Assembly: GCA_944381155.1 (NCBI GenBank) | Contig: CALWKA010000003.1 | Location: 3,530-67,529, forward strand | Reading direction: 5' to 3' | DNA: 64,000 nt | Origin: an uncultured Clostridia bacterium | Lineage (GTDB): Bacteria; Bacillota; Clostridia; Christensenellales; UBA1242 | Shown here: piece after piece, positions 56,297 to 64,000 of the stretch | How the letters are laid out: every line of letters begins with the position of its first letter | How positions within the stretch are numbered: position 1 is the stretch's first letter | Notes under the pieces: model-generated | Told to the model about the DNA's origin: nothing | Databases searched by the model: none | The model's input: the letters and a program-made list of their open reading frames with translations, nothing else | Made by a program: the position numbers and the translations under genes

Positions 56297-58243
56297 ATGA
56301 AAAAAATTGTACCTATATTATCAATATTAAGTGCTGGAATAATGTTGACAGGATGTGCCAACACACCTGCCAAACTTGATTCAAATGATCTAATGAAAAC
56401 AGTAAATAATTTTCAAACATCAGTAGATAATTATACAAAAAATGATATTGGATCACTCACAAAGATTGCGTTAGACAAATACGAATTGACAGTATCTACT
56501 CCTATCAATGCAACATTAGTAAATTCAAACAATACCAATAAGTCGTCAACAGAACAAACAACTGACAAAAGTATAAACGGAATTAATTTAGATAAAACGA
56601 AAAATACACTTGAAAATAATTCAAACAATATAGTAAATAATAATGATGGTCAGCGCAAAAATAATGACGAAATTATAGCGAATGATTCAATTAACAAAAT
56701 GGCAATTGAAAACAATCAAAGCAATTCAAATGTCAATAAGGACGAAAAGAAAAATGATATAACCATCACTCCTATTCAAAATAATGAAAGCGTGCCAACA
56801 AAAACCTTGCAGAATATGAGTGAAGATAGACAAATAACAAAACAAAGGATAACCGATAGTTTAAATGCAAAAACAACTGATAATGATAATAGCATTAATC
56901 AAATGAATGTACAAGCAGAAAATGATGCTGATACTGTGGATGATGCAGATACTGACATTTCAAATTCAACCGATTCAAATTTAGCTGAAAACAATGATAA
57001 TGAAGAAGAAATTTCAAATGAAAATACAGCGGAAAATAATGATTCTTTTTCCACTCTTTATTCCCTTTCTAGCGATATAGAAGATTCGTGTGACGAATTT
57101 TGCGAATTAAAAGAAGAAATTGTTGACGCCATAATTGAAACACAAAATTTGATATCAAAAGTGCAATCAAAAGAGATAGAATTGACCGCGGAGCAAAAAA
57201 TCTTTTTGTCCGAACAGTCTGAACAATTGAAAAATTTGGGACGCAGACTATCAGCTATCACACGCGAATTAACTTTAAGTTTGTCCGATTTATCTAATTT
57301 TGCTCAAAATAATGACAACAATATGGATAGTTTATCATTAAAATATTTAATAGTTTTAGACAACCTTGTCAACGGAAATGAATTGTTAGAAAATGGACTT
57401 CAATCACTAAATATGATAAATAGTTTGTTTAACATTAATCGCAACATTGAGCCAAACAACAAAGGTAGAATTTTATATGGATTTAGGCGAAACAATGAGC
57501 AACCTATTATAAAAGATTATTTGATAAATGAAGATGGAAAATTGGTTGAAAACAATAGTTCAAACTCAAATTCTAATGACGAAAACAATCTAAATAGCAA
57601 CGAAGAAAGCAATTCCACTACTTTATCAAATCAAAACAATTCAGATACACAAACAAGTGAAACTCGCCAAACTACAAATATAGCAAACACAAACGAAACT
57701 TCGAACAATCAGACAACAAAAAGTTTAAAATCTAACAATATTGATAGCTACAACAATAGGCGTTTCAATTCTAATATAGACTCGTATGCAAATAATAATA
57801 GAAAAAATATAGACACATTTTTCAACACGGCACTACTAGACAATGAATTTATGTATGGCGCAGGCGGTTATCCGTATGCAAACAATATGTACAACAACCC
57901 TTATGGGATGTATAATTATAATCAAAACAATATTTTAAATCAAGATCAGCAAAATATAAATAATAAAGACAATACTACTAATAGTGTGACTAATGAAAAT
58001 AATACACCTGATAATGTGCAAGATGAAAATCAGCAAAATAATAATAAATCTAATAAATTGAAAAAAAATATTGACACATATAAAAATTCTGATGGGTCAA
58101 ATATGAAATCAAAATTCAAAAAATTCAAGCAATCTGTGTCAAATTTCTTCAATAAATTTTCAATACCGAAACATAAAGGTCAATATGAAAATCCTATATA
58201 TAAATACAACAATATAGACTCGAATGTTGATGAAACTAAATAG
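56297..58243 (+). CDS. Asn/Asp/Ser-rich lipoprotein, unknown function
   Basis: AAAGGAG SD; signal peptide plus lipobox LTGC; long low-complexity flanks around a helical core (residues about 270-400). The 3' end overlaps the sigF 3' end by 8 nt. Confidence 0.7.
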   Translation: MKKIVPILSILSAGIMLTGCANTPAKLDSNDLMKTVNNFQTSVDNYTKNDIGSLTKIALDKYELTVSTPINATLVNSNNTNKSSTEQTTDKSINGINLDKTKNTLENNSNNIVNNNDGQRKNNDEIIANDSINKMAIENNQSNSNVNKDEKKNDITITPIQNNESVPTKTLQNMSEDRQITKQRITDSLNAKTTDNDNSINQMNVQAENDADTVDDADTDISNSTDSNLAENNDNEEEISNENTAENNDSFSTLYSLSSDIEDSCDEFCELKEEIVDAIIETQNLISKVQSKEIELTAEQKIFLSEQSEQLKNLGRRLSAITRELTLSLSDLSNFAQNNDNNMDSLSLKYLIVLDNLVNGNELLENGLQSLNMINSLFNINRNIEPNNKGRILYGFRRNNEQPIIKDYLINEDGKLVENNSSNSNSNDENNLNSNEESNSTTLSNQNNSDTQTSETRQTTNIANTNETSNNQTTKSLKSNNIDSYNNRRFNSNIDSYANNNRKNIDTFFNTALLDNEFMYGAGGYPYANNMYNNPYGMYNYNQNNILNQDQQNINNKDNTTNSVTNENNTPDNVQDENQQNNNKSNKLKKNIDTYKNSDGSNMKSKFKKFKQSVSNFFNKFSIPKHKGQYENPIYKYNNIDSNVDETK

Positions 58244-58961
58244 TTTTGATATTGTCTTTCATCTCTTTTAAAACTTTATTTTCAATTCGACTAACTTGGA
58301 CTTGGCTCACGCCAAGTTCTTTTGCTATCTCACTCTGTGTTTTATCTAAATAATACCGCATTATTATCACTTGCTTTTCTCTACTAGATAAATTTTTAAT
58401 CATATCGCGAAGTGTAAGTTTATCTAGAAAAGCATCAACATTAAAATTATCACAAAGTTTATCTAAAATCGTGGTTGAATCATCATCTTCATTGTATTTT
58501 TCGTTTAATGAAAGCGGGGACGAGTTCGCTTCCATAGTAAATACTATTTCATTTATATCCATATTAAATTCTTGTTTAAGCTGTTCCAAACTTGGATTTT
58601 CGCCAGTTTTTTTATGATAATCATATATATAATTTTTGATTAACATTGCAGTATGCTTAATGCTCCTTGACACTTTTACACTTCCGTCATCTCGAAGAAA
58701 TCTCTTTATCTCACCCGCTATCATTGGCACGGCATAAGTGGTAAATTTTACATTGAAATTCGGATCGTAATTGTTGATTGCCTTTACAAATCCTAGTGCG
58801 CCTAATTGATATAGGTCATCATATTCTATTCCTTTATTTAGGTACCTTTTCACAACACTTTTGATCAATGGAGAATTGAGAGTTATCAATTTTTCTTTTG
58901 CTAAATCATTTCCGTTTTTTGCTTGATTCAACAAGTCAAAAGTTTGTTCATTAGTTAGCAT
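58236..58961 (-). CDS. sigF: sporulation sigma factor SigF
   Basis: Sigma-70 regions 2-4 (YDDLYQLGALGFVKAI, GVSQVQVSRIE); follows spoIIAB. Confidence 0.92.
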   Translation of the reverse strand: MLTNEQTFDLLNQAKNGNDLAKEKLITLNSPLIKSVVKRYLNKGIEYDDLYQLGALGFVKAINNYDPNFNVKFTTYAVPMIAGEIKRFLRDDGSVKVSRSIKHTAMLIKNYIYDYHKKTGENPSLEQLKQEFNMDINEIVFTMEANSSPLSLNEKYNEDDDSTTILDKLCDNFNVDAFLDKLTLRDMIKNLSSREKQVIIMRYYLDKTQSEIAKELGVSQVQVSRIENKVLKEMKDNIKTI

Positions 58962-58962
58962 T

Positions 58963-59400
58963 TTAAATCCCCACTACATTTTTTTCAATCTCTTTTTCCA
59001 TATTTACAGTTAGTCCAACCTTGTTGTTTTTCACTTCTAATTTGTCCATAAAACTTTCCATCACGGTGAAGCCCATTCCGCTTCTCTCTTGGTTCGGTTT
59101 GCTAGTATAAAAAGGAGTGAGTGCGCGTTCAATATCTTGAATCCCTATTCCGTTATCACTGATACTAATTAAGACTTTGTTATTAATCGTCACAATTTTC
59201 ATATTTACATAACCTGTTTTTTCTGGGTACGCGTGCACGATAACATTTGTAATTGCCTCATTGACTGCCGTTTTTATGTCTTCCAATTCGCTAATACTTG
59301 GGTTTAGTGGCAAAATGAAACTAGCCACAACATTTCTTGCAAATGATTCATTTTCTGCTATTGCTTTAAATTTTATTTCCATACAATTTTTCATTTTCAT
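58963..59400 (-). CDS. spoIIAB: anti-sigma F factor / serine kinase SpoIIAB
   Basis: GHKL kinase motifs (NEAITNVIVHAY, DNGIGI, RSGMGF). Confidence 0.92.
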   Translation of the reverse strand: MKMKNCMEIKFKAIAENESFARNVVASFILPLNPSISELEDIKTAVNEAITNVIVHAYPEKTGYVNMKIVTINNKVLISISDNGIGIQDIERALTPFYTSKPNQERSGMGFTVMESFMDKLEVKNNKVGLTVNMEKEIEKNVVGI

Positions 59401-59409
59401 TCCTTCCTT

Positions 59410-59721
59410 TTATATTATTTTGGGCATTATGTCATACAAGCCCGACATTTTAAAAATTCTTTCTGCATTTCTGCTGGGATTAGTGATAAATATAGGTTTG
59501 TTGCATTCTCTCATCTTTTTGTATCTTCCTATCAATACGCCCACCCCTGTGCTATCCATAAAGGTCAATTCGGATAAATCCATTACGATTTGGACAAATC
59601 CTTTTTGCGTATCAAGTAAAGTATCTAGATTTTTTCGTACAGTACTTGCGGTATATTCATCAAGTTCGCCTGAAAGTAAAATATAAAGTGTTTTATTAAC
59701 TATTCTAGATTTTATTTGCAT
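59410..59721 (-). CDS. spoIIAA: anti-sigma F factor antagonist SpoIIAA (STAS)
   Basis: 103-aa STAS domain with the phosphorylatable Ser in the FMDSTGVG context. Confidence 0.9.
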   Translation of the reverse strand: MQIKSRIVNKTLYILLSGELDEYTASTVRKNLDTLLDTQKGFVQIVMDLSELTFMDSTGVGVLIGRYKKMRECNKPIFITNPSRNAERIFKMSGLYDIMPKII

Positions 59722-59833
59722 AATACTCTCCTTATTAGCATTTTATCAAAACTAGAATTGAAAAAAATAATAACTATTGTTGAATTGAAATAGTATTTTG
59801 TTGAAGATTGTTGAGTTTGAATCTGTTTTTTAC

Positions 59834-59863
59834 GAAAAAAAACTAGCAGATAAATGTGCTAGT
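59834..59863 (-). terminator. terminator of the zinc-ribbon protein gene
   Basis: On the minus strand ACTAGCA...TGCTAGT (59863-59842) is followed by T8. Confidence 0.6.
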
Positions 59864-60040
59864 CCTGTCAAATTAAAAATGAGTTTGCTTGAATTAAATT
59901 GATTTTATTTTGAAATATTGCTATTTATGATTTTTGAAAAGATATAAACAAATTTTCTGCCTTTATCAGTAAGTTTTAATCATCAAAAACCTTTAAAAAT
60001 AAATTTATAATCAATTTTTTATCCTGAATATATTAATATT

Positions 60041-61078
60041 TTATTTAGAAAAATACATATACAATAGAATGCCACCAACGATCAGCAGACAAACAAATAA
60101 GATTGTTAAGAATACTCTCACTTTGTCTTTAGGCAATTTTCCAAGTTTTCCTGTTTGCCCGTTCATAATCACTTTGTATCTTTTGTTTTTCGCTTCAGAT
60201 GTTATCAAATATATTGGCAGTAAGCAATAATTATATCTGCGGTCAATATAATCGGTATTTAAAGTGAGTCGTTCAATTTTCGTACAACCGTGTTTATTCA
60301 AAAGTTGCTTTTTAATGTCCTCTTTAATAATCGTCTCCGCAGTGGCTACGCACGAATTAAACATTTTGTCTTTATACTCTAGCATATATCCGTACATAAA
60401 ATCTTCCTTGAATTCGACTGCAGAGCCATATTCAAATGGCATAACAGAATAAAGTTCTTCTTGCTCAATATTCGAATTTGCTTCCACAGTGATATTTTTA
60501 TACGCTTTATCAAATATTCCGCTCACATCTTTATAATAAGTTTTAGTCCTAACCTTGCCATCTCGTGTCCTATAACTAGCAGTATAACTAAACACACCGC
60601 TATATGTGGATGCGGTAGAAATATCAAACACAAAAGCGTTGGCATATATTCCAGAGACATTGTTTTCATCAATTTTTTTAAATACCTTTTTGTTTGCATA
60701 AAATTTTTTATTTAGCGTGTTTTTAAATTTTTTCAAAGCGTCAGCTTTCCCGAAAGTAAAAGGCAAAATTGAATCTATATACAATAGATTTTTTGACTTT
60801 GATTTTACGATTGTAGTGTTTCCGCAATATGGACAAACTGTTTGCATTTGAAATTTTGTGAGCATAACATTTGCACCGCACGATTTGCATTTGAAACTAC
60901 GCAAAGAGTTAGCCAATTCATCGGTTGACTGATCCATAGTATGTTCATCAAATGTTTTTTTGTTGAAACTATAATTATATTGCACTGGAAAAACCGAGCC
61001 ACAGCTCGAACAAACATTCCCCTTATCTTTTGGACTAAAATGCAACTGTCCACCACAATTTTCACAATTCTTTAACAT
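60041..61078 (-). CDS. double zinc-ribbon protein with a C-terminal TM anchor, unknown function
   Basis: CxxC-N14-CxxC (CENCGG...CSSCG) and CKSCG...CPYCG; C-terminal hydrophobic helix. Confidence 0.65.
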   Translation of the reverse strand: MLKNCENCGGQLHFSPKDKGNVCSSCGSVFPVQYNYSFNKKTFDEHTMDQSTDELANSLRSFKCKSCGANVMLTKFQMQTVCPYCGNTTIVKSKSKNLLYIDSILPFTFGKADALKKFKNTLNKKFYANKKVFKKIDENNVSGIYANAFVFDISTASTYSGVFSYTASYRTRDGKVRTKTYYKDVSGIFDKAYKNITVEANSNIEQEELYSVMPFEYGSAVEFKEDFMYGYMLEYKDKMFNSCVATAETIIKEDIKKQLLNKHGCTKIERLTLNTDYIDRRYNYCLLPIYLITSEAKNKRYKVIMNGQTGKLGKLPKDKVRVFLTILFVCLLIVGGILLYMYFSK

Positions 61079-61084
61079 AAATCA

Positions 61085-61113
61085 ATAATAACAGATAAAA
61101 AAATTAATATCAA
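61085..61113 (-). promoter_or_regulatory. sigma-A promoter (leaderless candidate) of the zinc-ribbon gene
   Basis: On the minus strand TTGATA (61113-61108), 17-nt spacer, TATTAT (61090-61085); ATG 61078 lies 6 nt downstream with no SD. Confidence 0.4.
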
Positions 61114-61134
61114 TTATTTTTTGATGTTTTTTAA

Positions 61135-61200
61135 TTAAAATACCAATTTTTGTAATTTATAAATTTTTAATTATTAAATTATTTTAAAATACCAATTTTT
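61135..61200 (+). repeat. 17-bp direct repeat pair in an extremely AT-rich spacer
   Basis: TTAAAATACCAATTTTT at 61135-61151 and 61184-61200. Confidence 0.85.
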
Positions 61201-61389
61201 TTTAATATTTTAATAAAATTTTAATAAAAAATTAAATTTTTTATTTTTTTTATAAGTTTTTTATATTTTTTAATTTTTTAATAATGTCTTTATAAATAAA
61301 AATAAAAAAAATTAGGATATTGTGAATATTAAAATCAATATTTTTAATCTTCATTCTAATCTCTAATTCTTTTAAAATAATCAAAATGA

Positions 61390-62772
61390 TTAAAATTCGC
61401 AATTGTTTGGAGTGCGTGGGAATAATATGACATCGCGTATATTTGTGATTCCTGTCACATACATCAATATGCGTTCGAATCCAAGTCCAAATCCGCTATG
61501 TTGAACTGATCCAAATTTTCGCAAATTCATATACCACCAATAATCTTCTTCTTTAAGATTCTTTTCTTTCATTATAGCTTTCAATTTGTTGTAATCAGTT
61601 TCTCTTTCGCTTCCGCCCGTCACTTCGCCAATGCCTGGGAACAAAAGATCACAACCGCGAACCGTTTTGTTGTCATCATTGATTTTCATATAAAATGCCT
61701 TGATATCTTTTGGATAATCGGTGACAAAAACTGGGCGTTTGAAAATCACTTCAGATAGATATCTTTCGTGTTCAGTCTGAATATCTGCTCCCCATTCAAC
61801 ATGATATGCAAAATTTTTGTTATTCTTCTTTAAAATTTCAATTGCTTCAGTATAGGTAATATGGGCGAACTCATTTTCGATGACATTATTTAATCTATTG
61901 AATAAATCTTTGTCTACAAAATTATTGAAGAAAGCCATTTCGTCCGGACATTTTTTCATAATGCCTGATATGATATATTTCATCATTTCTTCTTCCAATT
62001 CCATCAAGCCATTCAAATCCATAAATGATATTTCAGGTTCGAGATGCCAAAATTCGTTTAAGTGCCTATTCGTATTGCTGTTTTCTGCTCTAAAAGTCGG
62101 ACCAAAAGTATAAATTTTTCCAAACGCAGCCGCGCAAGCTTCACCTTCCAATTGCCCTGTAGGAGTCAAGTAAGTCTTTTTGCCAAACAATTCGTCTTTT
62201 GGTTCAAACTTCTTCGTTTCGTCGTAAATATCTTGCGTTGTCACTCTAAACAATTCGCTTCCGCCCTCGCAATCTGATGAAGTGATGATTGGAGTGTGGA
62301 CATATACAAAACCTTTTTTGTTGAAAAATTCGTGCAACAGAAAGGACAATTCACTTCTCACTCTAAATACTGCGTTGAATAAATTTGTTCTAGGGCGTAG
62401 ATATGCAATTTCACGCAAAAATTCCAAAGAATGTTTCTTCTTTTGAAGCGGATATTCACTATCCGTGGCGCTAATTATAGTTATTTCAATCGCTTTCATT
62501 TCAAATGGTTGTTTATTTTCGGGTGTCAATACAATTTTTCCCTTACAGATAATAGCTGAACCTGTGTTTAATTTTTCAACTATGTCATAGTTTGGCAAAT
62601 CTTCTTTTGTGAAAACAACTTGCAATCCTTTGAAAGAAGTGCCGTCATTAACATCCAAAAAACCAAAATTTCCATTTCCTCTACAACTTTTCACCCAGCC
62701 CGCAATAATTATTTCTTTATCTTTAAATTCGGATATATCTTTATGCAAAGTTAAAATATCTGTTTTTTTCAT
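61390..62772 (-). CDS. asnS: asparagine--tRNA ligase
   Basis: N-terminal OB fold, class IIb motifs (FRAE.S.T.RHL.EF, GGSERE, GFGLGFER), 460 aa; GGAGAA SD. Confidence 0.92.
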   Translation of the reverse strand: MKKTDILTLHKDISEFKDKEIIIAGWVKSCRGNGNFGFLDVNDGTSFKGLQVVFTKEDLPNYDIVEKLNTGSAIICKGKIVLTPENKQPFEMKAIEITIISATDSEYPLQKKKHSLEFLREIAYLRPRTNLFNAVFRVRSELSFLLHEFFNKKGFVYVHTPIITSSDCEGGSELFRVTTQDIYDETKKFEPKDELFGKKTYLTPTGQLEGEACAAAFGKIYTFGPTFRAENSNTNRHLNEFWHLEPEISFMDLNGLMELEEEMMKYIISGIMKKCPDEMAFFNNFVDKDLFNRLNNVIENEFAHITYTEAIEILKKNNKNFAYHVEWGADIQTEHERYLSEVIFKRPVFVTDYPKDIKAFYMKINDDNKTVRGCDLLFPGIGEVTGGSERETDYNKLKAIMKEKNLKEEDYWWYMNLRKFGSVQHSGFGLGFERILMYVTGITNIRDVILFPRTPNNCEF

Positions 62773-62913
62773 ATTAATTTCTCCTAAATTGGTAAAATTT
62801 TTAAGTTTTATGAATTAAATCATAATTTTTTATTGTTATTATAACTATTGTATAAAATTAATAATAAATTTTTTAAAAATAATGATGTCTATTTTAATCA
62901 AAATCTTTTTTAA

Positions 62914-63999
62914 TTATGGAGTCAATCTATCTGGACCGCGGAATAAGAACATAGTATCTTTAATTGTAGGGATATTTAGCAACAACATTATCAATCTATC
63001 TACCCCTATTGCGAATCCGCCGTGCGGTGGTATGCCATATTTGAAAAATTCCAAATAAAATTTTACATCATCGCCTAGTCCTTTTTCTTCTGCATTTTTC
63101 TTGATTTCTTCATATCTATGTTCGCGTTGAGCGCCTGATGTAATCTCAATTCCTTTCCATATCAAATCATAGCCCTGCAAAATTCCATTTCTTCGCATAT
63201 GATAGAAGGCGCGTTTGTCTGGTGGATAATCTGTGACGACTAAAAATTCGTGATTGAATTTATCTTTTGCTAACCTTTCGCACAATCTTTCAGCTTCAGT
63301 AGTCAAATCTGTCTTTTCCTCTTCTGGCACAGTGAAATCGTATCGTTTTTCTAATTCATCATATATATCTTTCAGCTTCATTTGAGGGAACGGCAAACTA
63401 GGAACAACAACTTCTACTCCGAAAATCTCCTTTATCTTTTCGCCATATCTTTCTTTCACCTTTTTCAAACCATAAGCAATCATTTCTGCTTCCAAATTCA
63501 CCACATCGTGAAAAGAATTTATATAAGAAAATTCAACATCAAAACTTGTGAATTCAGTGGCGTGCTTTTTAGTATGAGATTTTTCAGCTCTAAAGCAAGG
63601 CGCAATTTCAAACACTCTTTCAAATCCACTAGCCATTGCCATCTGTTTATAAAATTGTGGACTTTGTGCTAAATATGCCTTTCGATTGAAATATTTTACT
63701 TCAAACACTTCTGATCCGCTTTCGCTAGCCGATGCAATAAATTTAGGAGTATGAATCTCTATGAAATCATTATTCAGCAAGTATTCTCTCATTGCGGATA
63801 ATAAGGTTGTTTCAACTTGAAACATTAATTGATTTTTTTCTTGTCTTAAATCTATCCAACGATAGTCTAGGCGCTGATCTATCGAGCTATCTTCGCTGAT
63901 AGGCAATGCTTCTGCTTTTGAAGTGATCTCTACCGAGTCAGGAATGACTTCCATTCCGCCGAGTTTTACATATTCATTTTTCACTGCCACACCTGTCAC
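62914..63999 (-). CDS. aspS: aspartate--tRNA ligase, archaeal/type-2 form (partial; the 5' end lies beyond the window)
   Basis: Class IIb motifs (FRAE.S.T.KH..EF, SGAQREH, GGFAIGVDR); C-terminus ...GPDRLTP. The ORF is open to the window edge. Confidence 0.85.
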   Translation of the reverse strand: MTGVAVKNEYVKLGGMEVIPDSVEITSKAEALPISEDSSIDQRLDYRWIDLRQEKNQLMFQVETTLLSAMREYLLNNDFIEIHTPKFIASASESGSEVFEVKYFNRKAYLAQSPQFYKQMAMASGFERVFEIAPCFRAEKSHTKKHATEFTSFDVEFSYINSFHDVVNLEAEMIAYGLKKVKERYGEKIKEIFGVEVVVPSLPFPQMKLKDIYDELEKRYDFTVPEEEKTDLTTEAERLCERLAKDKFNHEFLVVTDYPPDKRAFYHMRRNGILQGYDLIWKGIEITSGAQREHRYEEIKKNAEEKGLGDDVKFYLEFFKYGIPPHGGFAIGVDRLIMLLLNIPTIKDTMFLFRGPDRLTP

Positions 64000-64000
64000 T

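Noticed and set aside
59722-60040. Searched for a sigma-H promoter and Spo0A boxes upstream of spoIIAA
   Set aside because: Only a one-mismatch TGTCAAA is present, and I found no convincing RnAGGAwWW / GAAT pair. No call is made.
61079-61389. Repetitive AT-rich spacer considered as a CRISPR array or minisatellite
   Set aside because: There are only two copies of a 17-mer, with no regular repeat-spacer periodicity and no cas genes.

Overview
This 64-kb window comes from a low-GC (by eye about 30% GC), endospore-forming Firmicute that looks Clostridia-like. It uses the standard genetic code (TGA is a stop). All functional calls were made by eye from motifs and remembered synteny; no database search was run.

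Gene content: the window is densely packed housekeeping DNA.
- 0.1-38.7 kb is almost entirely plus strand. It contains frr-uppS-cdsA-rseP-[PolC-like exonuclease]-rimP-nusA-ylxR-ylxQ-infB-rbfA-truB, then efp-spoIIIAA..AH-asp23-nusB-xseA-xseB-proS.
- The same block continues with a membrane protein, tRNA-Glu(CUC), comEC-holA-ygjP-like, rpsT, murI-glmS, PBP1A, miaB-mutS-mutL-miaA-ynbB-like, and an orphan gene.
- 38.7-48.1 kb is the irregular part. It starts with a 940-bp ORF-free AT-rich island, followed by a minus-strand block (181-aa membrane protein plus T-box-regulated serS).
- The irregular part then carries a XerS-like tyrosine recombinase, lexA with Cheo boxes, and a PadR-membrane fusion with an ABC-2 transporter.
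- 48.1-64 kb is almost entirely minus strand: rnhA, tRNA-Trp, rny, thiI, a NifS-like desulfurase, yunB, spoVAE-AD-AC, sigF-spoIIAB-spoIIAA, a zinc-ribbon membrane protein, asnS and a partial archaeal-type aspS. One Asn-rich lipoprotein gene is inserted on the plus strand.

Most notable observations:
1. Perfect 21-bp inverted repeats bracket the 2.4-kb serS block directly beside the recombinase gene, which makes it a candidate invertible segment.
2. A 17-6-17 perfect palindrome carries the same arm motif. It is a candidate dif-like core site in a terminus-like strand-switch region.
3. A cluster of DnaA-box-like motifs lies next to that palindrome.
4. A 506-aa protein with the PolC N-terminal, OB and exonuclease domains, but no PHP or polymerase core, sits exactly where polC normally lies.
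5. About ten genes have near-consensus sigma-A promoters ending 4-10 nt before an ATG that lacks a Shine-Dalgarno. These are candidate leaderless mRNAs, and two of the promoters are nested inside the upstream terminator hairpin.
6. Conserved synteny blocks appear fused, with dxr, ispG, ispA, dxs, accBC, folD and hfq absent from their usual slots.
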